Origin: Podospora anserina
Taxonomy: Eukaryota
DNA length: 64,000 nt
Assembly (NCBI GenBank): GCA_017654855.1
Contig: CM030335.1
Location: 2,604,001 to 2,668,000 of the forward strand
Direction of reading: 5' to 3'
Of this stretch, positions 1-12,010 are shown piece by piece. Each line of letters starts with the position of its first letter. Position 1 is the first letter of the stretch. Position numbers and translations under genes: made by a program. The notes below the pieces were generated by a model. The model searched no databases and was not told where the DNA came from. It saw nothing but the letters and a program-made list of their open reading frames with translations.

Positions 1-802
1 TACATATGATCAATCCCTTGCGTCTGACAGGAAGGCTATCCACTCCCGTATGCTCTCTTACACCATAGACACCTTCTTAACGTGGAAACCGGCTCTCTAG
101 TTCGATGACACAAACTCCACAAAAACGTCGACGATCATCTAGCGAGGAGCACCAGGTGACCTTTTCCTGTCTCCTTGTAGAGTTCAGGATCGAGATTCAT
201 AAAACACGCGTGAAACACTGCCACACTGCTCCAAGGTTGACATCGAACAAGAGCAGTCGTATCGCAGGGAGACTGGCGGCTACAATATCCCTTTCATCAT
301 AGTTGTTGATCAAACCCGCAAACACGTGGAGTTGGCTTCGACGAAGGCAACCGGGCATTCCGAGAGAAGCAAGCATAGCAGACCGAGTGTGCGAATCCAA
401 ACAAGGAGCCCCGAATTATCCCCTGGCCTCTCGGATCTTTATCTATTATTCGGCTCTACTTGCTCGGATTTAACTTTCTGGTGGTATGCAGTGGCAGGAA
501 ACGCCTGGCGACGCTCCTGGTGAGCTGTATGTAGGCTGGACACGGCTCCGAAAGTTGCATTTCACTGATGTGCGTCCAGGGCGGAGATTGTGTCCGATAT
601 GCAGGCCGGAGGAAAGGAGAGAGCCACTTGGGCAGGTTCGAAACTCGGGCCTTTTCGTACTGGCTCTGCATTGTGCATACCTTCATCAGTGAAAAAGATA
701 TTTGTGACTTGCGGGGGAGCTTTCACCAACTTTCGCTGCCTCTCTCGCTTGCCAGGGTCGACCAGGATCCCCGCGACAGAGGGGTCAACCCCGCAAAGAT
801 GT

Positions 803-811
803 TCCACCAAT
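803..811 (+). promoter_or_regulatory. Candidate GARE (GaaR/PDR-2 site, TCCNCCAAT) upstream of glycerol kinase
   Basis: Exact tccaccaat about 770 bp upstream of the ATG at 1574. The motif is short, so a chance match is possible. Confidence 0.35.
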
Positions 812-1483
812 GGTCTAGCCCTTTGCCGACCCCTGTGTGAGGTGCTCACATGCTTTTGCACAATGCACAGAGCACACAGAACACACATGGGAAAAAAGTG
901 CGACGACAGTTCCAGGTTGTCCAACGAGGGGAAAAAAAGGGTGAGCCGAAACGAACATTGCGCATTGCATTGCGACCGCCCCCGGAACGCCGTTACGGGG
1001 ACTAAAACTACTACCTACCGGACCAGGTCTACACAACACACGCCCCTAATGTGGCAGCAGCAAATCTCGCGGTCGTGGTCGTGGTCATGGACCAGCCGTC
1101 CCAGCTGTATCAGCCATACCAGCCGTAGCTGTAGTAGCAACAGCAACAAAGCCAATCGAAGTACTGTTCCCATTGGGGCGCTGTCCGTCTACTACTCCCG
1201 CGCTCGGCTTAAACAGAGTTGTGAGAATAGCTAGGGCCAGGCCTTAGATGACGTACCCCTCCTGGTCTGTCAGCCTGCCCGCATTCCGTCCCTCCAACCC
1301 CGCGCCGTCTCTCCTTTATCAGTCCCGGCAGTACCACCCCCTACAGTGCCCCGTTCGGTACCGCATTCATATCCTATTCATCCGCCATATCCTGTTATCA
1401 TCCCCCCTCGACTCAATCCTCTGCAGCAGAAACGCCTTCGACCTTTTCACTCTACTGCCTGGTCGCCCCGGAGGAACAAGACA

Positions 1484-1485
1484 TC

Positions 1486-1519
<34 letters not shown>

Positions 1520-1563
1520 CCACCAACAACAACAATAACAACAAGAACAACAACAACAACAAC
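1484..1563 (+). repeat. Imperfect (CAA)n microsatellite just 5' of the glycerol kinase ATG
   Basis: About 80 bp of caa triplets with a few cac/taa/gaa interruptions, ending 10 bp before the ATG at 1574. Confidence 0.9.
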
Positions 1564-1573
1564 AGCACACAGC

Positions 1574-3537
1574 ATGGGCGACCTTGGCGACTTCAACCCC
1601 ATTCGCTTCGAAGAAGGCGGCATGGTGATAGACATACCCACGCTGAACCTCGACTCCCTGAAGAAGCCCGAAGCAACCATCACCCCTCTGTACCCCGACC
1701 ACATTCCCACCCTCGAGACGCCCAACTTACATCCGCACCATGATAAGCACCTGCCGCGGGGCATTGAGGAGACACCTGAGGAACAGCGGCGCCACTGGTT
1801 TGTGGGCAGTATCGACCAGGGAACAACGTCATCTCGGTTCCTAATATTCAACGGAGAAGGCGACCCAGTTGCCAGTCACCAACTCGAGTTCGAGAACCTG
1901 TATCCTAAATCCGGGTATGTTGAAGAGCCCGCCACCTGACCCGCATCCCGTTGCTTTGGTCTCCGCTTCCCTGCCTCATCCGCCTCCACCTCCGCATGTG
2001 TCGCTCATTGCGGAGACCCCTCTGCTAACACAGTATTGATCTACAGATGGCACGAGCACGAACCGTTGGAGCTTCTCGCCTCCGTGGAGGAATGCATCGA
2101 TGAGGCGATGCGCAAGTTTGTCGATCTGGGGTACCGAAAATCAGACATTCGGTCCATTGGCATCACCAATCAAAGAGAAACGACAGTAGTATGGGACAAC
2201 AACACCGGCGAGCCCCTTTACAACGCCATTGTCTGGCCCGATACCAGAACCAAAGATCTGGTGAGGGACCTCAAGTCCCGTGACCAGGCCGACACATTGA
2301 CAGACCTTTGTGGTCTGCCGCTATCAACATATCCCAGCAGTGTCAAGCTCATGTGGCTCATCGAAAACGTCGAGGCCGTAAAACAGGCTTATGAGGAGGG
2401 TCGCCTCGCCTTTGGAACAGTCGACTCATGGCTGATATATAAGCTCAACGGCGGGGCCAAGGCGGCAAAGCCCATCCATGTCACCGATAGCACAAATGCT
2501 AGCAGAACCATGTTTATGAATCTGCACACTCTCCAGTACGACGACAATCTGCTCAAGTTCTTTGGTATCGACAGAAGCAAGATCCACCTTCCCAAGATCG
2601 TTCCATCATCAGATCCATGTTGCTTTGGAAAAATTGCCAAGGGCGCATTGTCGGGAGTGCAGATTGCCGGGTGCCTGGGAGACCAGTCTAGTGCGTTGGT
2701 CGGCCAGTGTGGTTTCAGTCCGGGTCAAGCCAAAAACACCTACGGCACCGGTTGCTTCTTACTCTACAACGTTGGTACCAAGCCGGTCATTTCAAAATAT
2801 GGTCTTTTGGCAACAGTCGCCTACGACTTTGGTGGTGGCCGCAAGCCCGTCTACGCCTTGGAGGGAAGCATAGCCGTCGCCGGATCCGGTGTCAAGTTCC
2901 TCATGAACAACTTGGGATTTGTTGACAAGTCAAGCGCCATCACTGAGCTGGCCGAATCAGTCGAGGATAACGGCGGTGTTGTTTTTGTCACCGCTTTCAG
3001 TGGTCTGTTTGCCCCCTATTGGATTGATGATGCCAAGGGCACAATTTGTAAGCACACCTCTCTCCCCGCTCTGCATTGCCCCCTAATTGCTAACGTATGC
3101 GTCTAGTTGGCATCACGCAACACACACAAAAAGGTCACATTGCTCGGGCCACACTGGAAGCCACGTGTTTCCAGACGAAGGCCATCTTGGACGCCATGGA
3201 AAAGGACTCCAATGCCAAACTCGAGTCTCTTGCGGTTGATGGTGGCCTGTCAAACTCTGACCTCTGCATGCAAACGCAGGCCGATATCACGGGAATCCCG
3301 GTTGATCGTCCAGGCATGAGAGAGACGACAGCCTTGGGTGCAGCCATTGCTGCTGGGCTGGCAACAGGTGTCTGGAAGGAGTTGAATGACCTGAAGGATG
3401 TGAATCAGGCCGGTAGGAAGGTGTTCAAGCCGAATATGGAGAGGAAACAAGCAGAGAAACTGTTCAAGAAGTGGGAGCAAGCTGTTGAGATGAGCAGGGG
3501 GTGGGTTAATGAGGTTGCCGATGGTGAGGAGGAGTGA
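1574..3537 (+). CDS. gut1: Glycerol kinase (FGGY family), 3 exons: 1574-1914, 2047-3047, 3107-3537
   Basis: Motifs GSIDQGTTSSRF, IGITNQRETT, FGTVDSWL, TDSTNASRT, GDQSSALVG, KNTYGTGCF, YALEGS and DGGLSNS. Introns GTATGT(1915)..CTAAC..CAG(2046) and GTAAGC(3048)..CTAAC..TAG(3106) join the frames (SG|WHEH, TI|FGIT). Confidence 0.95.
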
Positions 3538-4008
3538 GTGGAAGGATATGATGTTTCAAAAGGTGTTATTGCAGGAGTTGGGGTTCGGAGGTCTCGTTGT
3601 TTATTTCAATTTGGGCGGCATTCTGGGTTGGTGAATCTAAGCGGCACGGCATCATGGTTTGTTTGGGTTTGGGCCGATGTTTTCGACTCGAAATGGAATG
3701 GAAAGGGAGAGAAAGGGATATACTGATCACGATTGTGTGGATACCCTTTGGCTTGGTGTGTATTTTTATGCGGTGGGGAGGTGGCTTGTACGTACATAAC
3801 CTTGCGGGAGTGGTGGGTTTGAAGGGAACTGGGTGTTTGAGAGATAGTTCCAACGAAGAGTACTGCTTCGATAAATCAACTTTGGGGTTCGATGCCTGAT
3901 GCTTATCAGTGAGAGGGGTTGTCTCCTCCCAGCCGTCAAAACCTTAAGCCTTCCAAGGCCACATGAGCAAACATTTTAAAAGCCACAGCTCCACAACCAG
4001 GGACGGGG

Positions 4009-4715
4009 ATGAAGGCGTACTTGGTGAGATTACTGAGCTTGAATAACCACATATGGAAGCTTGTCCCAGCACGGATTAACCCAATCGCAGGTGAGAATGG
4101 TGTCGTGCACCCTGTGCGATTAAGACTTAGGACCCTCCCCCGCAAGGAAGACAACGACCACGACGGAACACGACATACGAAATGGACTTTTGTTGGCAAT
4201 TGCGCCGCTGCCGATATCACCTATTACAACATGGCATTCCGAATGTTTGGCGACATTTTGAAAGTCCTGCTTGATTATGGGGACGGGATCAAGCTGGACG
4301 CGCCGCTTACGCCCCCGGATAGCAGCGAGTCGGAGACGGGCTTTCTGCTGACGTCTGCAGTGGATTCCATAAAGGCATCATGGGATCCTGAAGGGTTCTT
4401 TGCGAAGGTGTTGCTGGAGGAGGCGACGGAGAAGAACTGGTCGGGCAGGAAGAAGGGAAGCGATGAGCGATGCATCGGCGAGGGCTGTGGAGGGGCATTG
4501 GTCCTGGCATTTGGCCGGGGCCGGTGAAGGCGCTTGTGGAGCACGGAGCCGAGGTACCTGATCACCTCGACGAGGCAGAGTTGGATAAGATTGATAAGAT
4601 GCTTCGTCGGTTTGCTGCGTTGGATAGGAAACGAGCAAGGGTCGAAAAGGGGCAGCAGACAGAATAGAAAGAATAAGAGCAGCAGAAAGAAAAGGAGTAG
4701 AAGGAATAGGTGAGT
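4009..4715 (+). pseudogene. Degenerate ankyrin-like gene relic with frameshifts and RIP-type stops
   Basis: Ankyrin-like fragments ILKVLLDYG and VKALVEHGAEV lie in different frames. A charged tail E*KE*EQQKEKE*KE* has four in-frame stops (4665, 4674, 4698, 4707) and is followed by a GTGAGT donor-like site at 4710. Confidence 0.5.
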
Positions 4716-5690
4716 TTCTGGAGGAGGAGAAAGCCTTGACGGGAGATGTCCAAGATACGAGGTTTTGGGCTCAGGTACGTACTGCCGAGCGGAGCTGGGG
4801 CTTTTGGATGGGATACCTACCTACTTCAGCAAGGTGGTGGTCAAGCAGTTATATTTGCCTACTTGATGCCCACTGGCTTTGTGAAGAACGTTTACATGCA
4901 GAGGGCTTGGTCAAATAGTCAAAAAGTGAGTTGAAAAAGTCTGTCTAAAAAGCTTTCGGGTAGATTTCTCATAGGCCTCTCAGGTATGGTTTATGCCGTG
5001 ATATTGAAGGAAACAAAACAGGAAGCTACAGTCGGTGTTGCCTGGTCGGATCCTCACAATGTCCGGGCAGGACGGTCTTGATAAGTTCTCTTTGTGCTGT
5101 GCTGTTTATCATGCGCGGCACTGCATCACAAGTGTCTTTTATCGGCGATTGTGAGGTTTGCCTGGCACTATAGTGGGAAGAGGGCGATCGAGACTATAAA
5201 AAGCTCGTATGATTGACAGAGTCGGACATGGTCCTTTTCTTGATTCAAGTTTCAAGAGTTGTTGTTTTGACAGTGGTGTTGTCAAAGCTGACCAGGTCAA
5301 GTCTTGGCATTAACCCCCCTTATCCCACCCCTTTATTTGTTTACTTTCTTTCCATTTTTGGTTGTCTTTACAGGGCAACAACACACACGCACAGCAACAC
5401 CGGTATCCACAGAACAGTAATGAATAGGTATCCTGAGTCAGTTGGATTTTCTACTCAACAGTCTTATACTGTATGGGGGTATCTCACTAATCCCCTCCTT
5501 CATTTCTATCCCTCCTGCACGAGCCAAAATAAGGTGGGGATTTTGCAGTACACATGCACACACAAGACATACACTGTCACTCACACTGACAACCGCCATC
5601 CTGACATCCACTCTCAGAACAACACATCACAAGCATGAACCCCAGCAGCAACCCCCTAAACGCCCTCCTTGCCCTCCTCTTCGCAATCCT

Positions 5691-7739
5691 CTAGCGCGAA
5701 GAAGATCCCCCGAGTCTACACATCCATTTCGACAGCCTCTCCCTCAACCTCTTCTTCTCCTTCCCAGGGGAATCCAACCCCTCCCCCAGGTTCCTTTCCG
5801 TCACAGCGCACTTGCTCGCTCTCTTGGAAGAGCCAAACAAGCTCCTGCTCCTCTTCACCATCACTCCATGCGTCTCCCTATCTGGCGAGGAGACAACCTT
5901 GATGGTGATACTGCTGTTCCTATGAATGTTGCTCCCCTCAGCCTTGAGTGAAGGACGGATCGGAGCAATTGGCTGGGGCGCGGAAACTGGTGCTTCGGGG
6001 TGGGCTTGGGCCTGGGACAAAACCGCAGTCTTCTTGGCCGCGTTCATCTCTGCTACTTCAGCTACCGTAGCTTCAGAGGTGGAGCTCGCTTGAAGCCGCC
6101 TCTGCATGTAAGCCGCGCCTGTGCTTGTCGCTCTGCGGGGGGCTGCTTTGGGGTTGTTGGTGGACATGTTCGATACGGGCGTTGACGAGCGGGAGATAAC
6201 CGGGGTACTGGTAGGTGTAGCCGATCGCTTGTTGTGGTCCGATTCTTCAATCAGACATTGCGCGGGAAGCGAGTTCCGCTTGGTGATCCCCATGACGAGG
6301 TCTGCGCATTCGGATCGCTGCCCGGCGTCAGATGCGTTGGAGGCTCTGCTGCCCCAGGTATTCCTGCGGCTGCGCCCAACACGTGTGGCCGCTGTACATG
6401 GCGTGGCCGCTGCGGATTCTGGGCCGCTGTTAGTGGGTGTGTGGGCTGGTGACCAGCCTGAAGAAAGAGCCACCCAGAGAGCTGTCACGGAAATGAGATT
6501 CTTGGTCGCTTCATCGATTAAGTGAACTGGTCCCTCGGCCATTTCCTGGGTGAAAGAAACCGGCATCCCAAGACCGGAGTCGCTTTCACCGTCAGTGGAG
6601 AAACACAATGATGATTGCTGAGATGGAGAATTTGGAACAGTGCTGCAGGTTACGTTGGAGAGAGAGCGGCCGCGGCCGTGCCGCGGGGGTTGATATCGAT
6701 TGGATGGGTTCGAAACAGAAGCATAGGAGTCGCGGATGTCTAGAGATGAAGGCGTAAGAGATGCCATGACTGGATGCCTGCGAGTGAGGGGGTTGATCAT
6801 GCTGAATGTGAAGCGGGTTTGCGGCGTTGTTGTAGACGATGGTGTACTCGGCTCTGTCGGATGCGATGTTGGCGCCGATTTGTGCCTGCGAGCCCATCGG
6901 GCTGTGGTGGTGTTGCCATTATCATCGGTGTGCGCAAAGTCCCAAGAGCCATTTGGCAGTGGCCTGGCAACCCACACCGTCCCGTCATCCAACACGATTT
7001 CAGCCTCGTCCGAATGGCGCAAGGGGCTATAGACGGCAACGAGTCTCCTTTTCTCGAGCGCGTCGTCGCTGTCACCTTCGGTGCTGTCGCTTTCCACATG
7101 ATCGTCGTCCCTCCTCACCAAAACAATGTCATCGTAAGCCAATGAGTGCTTGACCCCAAATATTCCTGGAAACCTCTTTGCCAACCGGGGAGCTATAACC
7201 GGACCGGCGATTCGGCTCGAAGGAAACACTTCAAGCACTGGTCTTGACCGTCCATCAGCCGATACCAACTGAAGCTGGAGAAGAAGCCTCGGCAACACCT
7301 TGCGCACATATTTGGTCTTGTCGAGGAGCTTCGGGGTGGGATATCCAAGGCCGTAAGTGGTGCTCTTGCGCTGGACTCTATGGCGATGTCGTCGTGGTGT
7401 GGACCGGGCTGTTAGTGTACCAGCATTCGGATTCGTTACATCACTAAGCTCCGAATCCGATGGTGGTTCTGGCATGGCGGGCGTTTGAGGAGGGGCGTCC
7501 TCCTCGGGGTCCTCGCGAAAGCGCACAACGGGTGAAAGTGCGCGGGGGATGTAATCAGACGCCGGACGTTGGCGGATGGGGGCGGAGGCGCCATCCACGT
7601 TCACCCGTTGTTTTGGTGGCGCAAAGGCGGAGCGTAATAAGGGGCTTCGTAGGTTGTGGGTGGCGACTGGAGGTGTAGATGGTGAAGGGCGATTCGAATA
7701 TTCATGGCCATGGAGGCTCGCGCCCGAGTGAAGAAACAT
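5691..7739 (-). CDS. Hypothetical protein (682 aa) with a folded-looking central domain and Ser/Pro/Thr-rich flanks
   Basis: Uninterrupted 2049-nt ATG-started ORF. The central segment (PRLLLQLQ...RPVLEVFPSS...AEIVLDDG...ARW...FTFS.INP..RRHP) reads like a real fungal protein. No function recognised. Confidence 0.8.
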   Translation of the reverse strand: MFLHSGASLHGHEYSNRPSPSTPPVATHNLRSPLLRSAFAPPKQRVNVDGASAPIRQRPASDYIPRALSPVVRFREDPEEDAPPQTPAMPEPPSDSELSDVTNPNAGTLTARSTPRRHRHRVQRKSTTYGLGYPTPKLLDKTKYVRKVLPRLLLQLQLVSADGRSRPVLEVFPSSRIAGPVIAPRLAKRFPGIFGVKHSLAYDDIVLVRRDDDHVESDSTEGDSDDALEKRRLVAVYSPLRHSDEAEIVLDDGTVWVARPLPNGSWDFAHTDDNGNTTTARWARRHKSAPTSHPTEPSTPSSTTTPQTRFTFSMINPLTRRHPVMASLTPSSLDIRDSYASVSNPSNRYQPPRHGRGRSLSNVTCSTVPNSPSQQSSLCFSTDGESDSGLGMPVSFTQEMAEGPVHLIDEATKNLISVTALWVALSSGWSPAHTPTNSGPESAAATPCTAATRVGRSRRNTWGSRASNASDAGQRSECADLVMGITKRNSLPAQCLIEESDHNKRSATPTSTPVISRSSTPVSNMSTNNPKAAPRRATSTGAAYMQRRLQASSTSEATVAEVAEMNAAKKTAVLSQAQAHPEAPVSAPQPIAPIRPSLKAEGSNIHRNSSITIKVVSSPDRETHGVMVKRSRSLFGSSKRASKCAVTERNLGEGLDSPGKEKKRLRERLSKWMCRLGGSSSR

Positions 7740-10047
7740 TATTATACGTTACTTCCTACACGCATGGAAAAGGATAAAAGACGGCGCAAAGTAGAAAAAC
7801 AGAAAATTAACGTGGAGTTGGGATTGGAAGCTGCAAAGGACCGGCCCTGCGTTAGATGGTGTGGGGTTGGTGGTTTGGAGGCTGTTCCAGCTGTTGTGAT
7901 CCAACAGCTCCAGCTACCCTGGGGCGGTGCTCGCGATAGCACCTCCACCGGGCGTCGACGTCAGGAGTGGGCAACTCCACTGGTTGAAGTTGCCTCCTCT
8001 TCTTGGAGGATCAACCGGTTGTGACGGAGGAGTGACGAGCGGCAAGCCAAGCTGCCGAGGCAAGCGAATCTGCAAGTCACAACAGTAGCCGGCAAGCTAC
8101 AGCAGCTGCCATCGATCGATCGAGCGGTGCGAGATGTAGCGTGCTGCCCGTCGCTTTTGGTGCCACTGTCGTGTCTGTCTGACAGTGTCACAAGTCAATG
8201 CCGGCTTCGCAATTGATCTTGAGCCTATGGGTCTGTGGGAGCCTGGTGGTTGAAAGAGAGCGAGCGTAATGCTGTTTGTGGGTTCGGGATGGCGTGGTTG
8301 CTGCTTGCTAATAAGTAGCGAAAGAATGTTGAGAATAGAGAAAGCTGGAGAAGGTGTTAAGCAGTTGAGCGGTCAATGGTTCACCTCAGAGGAGGGAGGC
8401 CGAATTGATGAACCACGAAGCCGCTGCAAGAGGAGCTGGCGTTGGTTTTAATTAGCTGAACGCCGTCCAACGCCCACTCGGCGCGGCTGCCAGTGTATTT
8501 GGCGCGTGGCCAATAAGGCCGAAGCTAAAGCTATGGAAGGAGCGGAAAACCTCGTGCTTCCCGGCTCCGTTGTGGGCTCTTTGCAGCTCGTGGGGACCAT
8601 GAAAATCAGTGGGTGGAGGGGCACAGCGCGGGAGATTCTGGTTGCTGGAACGGGTTTGGGGCAATCAAAAGGTGCCGATGATTTGGGAAGCGTGGAAGGG
8701 CCACGGTACCATGCGGCCGGGTCGATTTCGATATTGATTGATGTTGAACAGTCCGGGAGGTGCCGATCTTTAGACTTCAAATACCTCGACAAAGACTTGA
8801 TCAACTGCGCGACAATGAGAAAAATAGAAGCATATTTGGGAAGAGGTTGCGAGGCGGTCAGCCTGCTCGACCAAGGGAGACCGGGCAGTACCCAGAGAGG
8901 CCGGGTCTCGGTCTATGGTTGAAAGTGGGTTCCTTCGGCGAGGTGTGTTGTTCTCGCAGCATCGGATGAACCAATGCGTTTTTTTTCTGCTTCCAATCAA
9001 ACATGTCGATGTTTCTGGGCAGGTAAAACGTTGGAAGAAGCGATCACAAGAAGCTGAGCTTTGTTTCGAGACCAGGAACAAGTTGATGGCAGCGTGGGAA
9101 GCAAGGTTACTCCAGGTTACACAGGAGGTTGTTCTGCTGCATTGGCTTGGCAAGTCGGCATGGTGTGGTGACATCTGGAAGCGGGAGTACCTTTCCCTTC
9201 CCTGGGGAATGACAACCGAAGCATTAAGGACTTCCTACGAAGTAGAAGTCACCCACACTGCCACAGCCTGTCAAAAGTATTTCGCACTCTATTGACATCA
9301 AGCTTTCCCGGCCAGCTCATCATTGTCATCGGATGAACCTGCAAAGTCATTCATCGGGTTCCTGTGCCGAGAATGCTTGGCACAGGCTCGGGAGCCCCAC
9401 CCCGCCGCGCCCCGCCCGGGACCCGGAGCTTTTCACGACACCGATACCCGTTCGCAGTTTTGTAATGTTGCCGAGATATTCGACGAAAAGGCCTCGAACA
9501 CCCATGATCACACGAATCATGATTAATTTAAGATGGATTCTTTGGAATTCCAAGATTATGATATAATTATGACGCTGAGGTGGGAGACACCAACCGCATT
9601 TTTGCGATTCTGTTGGAAGGACTGATATCCCAAGGAAGGCCTGACGTGAATTATTGAACCCGAAGAATACGGCCGCCGCCATGATCCGAACGGCTGACGA
9701 ATGATCGGCGCTCAGGGTCGCTCATCTTCAACTGGCAAGTTTCGAGAAAAACGTGGAAAGCCACCTCTCCAAGCCACCCTTTGAACGTCAGAGTGGGACC
9801 CATCAGCCTCACCTTGTTTCAATTGCATGCCCCACATCCAGTGCTGCCAACCGAAACCTGAGTTGCCAAAACGTCCTTCATGAGCCAAAGGCCGGCCGTT
9901 ACAACAACGAGCAGAAACCGGCACAGCATCTCGCATTCTGCTTTCCTGTGGCGTTGTCTTTGGAGAAATTAATTTTCGTTTTTAGACTTGCATCCTCGGA
10001 GCCATGTGGGTTTGGACGTTGAACCCGGCATTCTAGTTCACCCGACC

Positions 10048-11677
10048 ATGACAGCCTCATCCCCCAGCTTCAAGAGCCCCCGTGCTCATGCCCCCACCAC
10101 GACCACCATCACCACGACCACCATCACCACGCCCAGCACCCGCATCATCAGTAGTGCCCAACCATACAGAACACTGGTGACCGCATTTCTGATATGGAAA
10201 GCTGTCTTGTTTGCCATTGCCCTGGGAAGCACCCTCGTGGGCGACGCCTATGACACGTCCGCCGACCTCTTGGTGCACGGTGGCGTGGAAGCGGCAACGA
10301 CGGGCCAACAACGGGCTCAGCAGCCATTGGGTCTTTCTGGTGGTCTGGTCTCGCGGTTTGCCAGCTGGGATGCCATTTACTTTCTCAGTTCTGCAAAACG
10401 AGGATATATATATGAACAGGAATGGGCCTTTGGTGCTGGCCTGCCCATCGTGGTCAGAGGGATTCTTCAAGGTAAGTTGATGGGACACTTGTCAACGGGA
10501 CCGCAATGCAGAGGCCATGAAGCGTTTGGTGATCTTTGTTGGTTACATTCATATATATCTCCATCAATATGGAATGCTGACACATGGTGTTCACAATCTG
10601 GTAGGTGCAAGACATGTTGGTATCGCTCCCCCAGCAGATGGGGGTGTTCTCCCTGAAGCTGTCATTGGCGTCACTGTCGCCAATACAGCACATTTTCTCT
10701 CGGTGATTGTGCTCTTCCGCCTCGGACAGGTTGTGTGGCGGGACCGCACTCTATCTTTGGTTACGGCTCTGCTGCACATCGTCTCGCCTGCTGGCATGTT
10801 TCTCACGGCGCCTTACATGGAAAGCTCCTACGCCTTTCTGGCCTTTACCGGATATCTTCTCTTTGCACTGAGTAGCCAAGCTGAGAGTCGTGCACTTGCT
10901 CGTGATGTGTATTTGGTGCTCGCAGGGATTTTCTTTGGTCTGGCCACAGCCTTCCGAAGCAACGGCATTCTGAATGGTATCCCATTTGCCTGGGAAGTTC
11001 TGCGGCACCTCCCGAATCTGCCGCATAAGCCTTTCGACACCATCCGCCGCCTTGTCGCGTTGGGCATCGGGGGTATCTGCGTAGCTCTAGGGTCCATAAT
11101 CCCTCAGGCCATCGCTTATGGGCAGTTTTGCTCCGGTGCTTCCGGGGTAGATCCTCGGCCATGGTGTGAGGCTTACTTACCGAGCATCTTCACCTTTGTC
11201 CAGGAGCACTATTGGTAAGTTTTCTTGCCTCCCGGTATTTTCCGCCAACATCACCTGCTTACTCAAATTTTTCCTTTGACGTTCAGGAATGTCGGCTTCC
11301 TCCGCTACTGGACGATTTCTAATCTCCCATTATTTTTGCTCGCCACCCCGATGCTGGCGATCCTAGTTCGATCGGGAGTGGAGCAACCCACATCGGCTCG
11401 GCAGCCTGTGATTGCCGCCAAACCCGTCGAGTCGGCCCAACTGACGTCGCTTGTTCAGTCTGCAGCGGCGGCTCAAGTGGTGCTTGCTGTGCTTGCTATT
11501 GCCATGTACCATGTGCAGATTATCACGAGGATATCGTCTGGGTATCCGCTGTGGTATTGGTGGGTGGCCGGGAGCTTGATTCGGGGCGAGAAGGTGGGTG
11601 GATATATTGTCAAGTTTATGGTTTTGTATGCCTTGATTCAGGGGGTGTTGTTTACTTCGTTTTTGCCCCCTGCATGA
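10048..11677 (+). CDS. GPI18: GPI mannosyltransferase 2 (PIG-V family), 3 exons: 10048-10471, 10605-11214, 11287-11677
   Basis: Motifs SWDAIYF, YEQEWAF, SPAGMFL.APY.ES, FRSNG, QEHYW|NVGFLRYW, HVQIITRISSGYP and the C-terminal FLPPA. Introns GTAAGT..TAG and GTAAGT..CAG restore the frame. Confidence 0.93.
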
Positions 11678-12010
11678 GCGTGCTGTGTGTAGGGAGTTAT
11701 CAGTATTATATTATGTATCTATCTAGTTGGTATATGCCGTCCATATCCAGTCTCGTATCCCGTCGTGTTTGATCCTACGTCTATATATTTGTGTTTCGTT
11801 CGAAAGCGATATCCTGTTGCCATTGTTGTCGTACCCGGCCAGTTCCAAGCCTGGTTTTCGTTTCTTCCTTCATTATTTCCATCTCTTCTGTTCACATGTC
11901 CTTTAAGCTGGATGCCGTTCCCTCTCTTCCCTCATTACTTCCATCTCTTGTTTATCGTACCCAATAGTCCCATGTATTCACATATCCCAATATCCAAATT
12001 ATCAACCCGT

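Noticed and set aside
590..1234. 214-aa ORF upstream of glycerol kinase
   Set aside because: Non-ATG start, Cys/Arg/Ser-rich random composition, and it lies in the promoter region.
1248..1851. Poly-Gln, poly-Val and poly-Cys ORFs
   Set aside because: These are alternative-frame readings of the CAA microsatellite.
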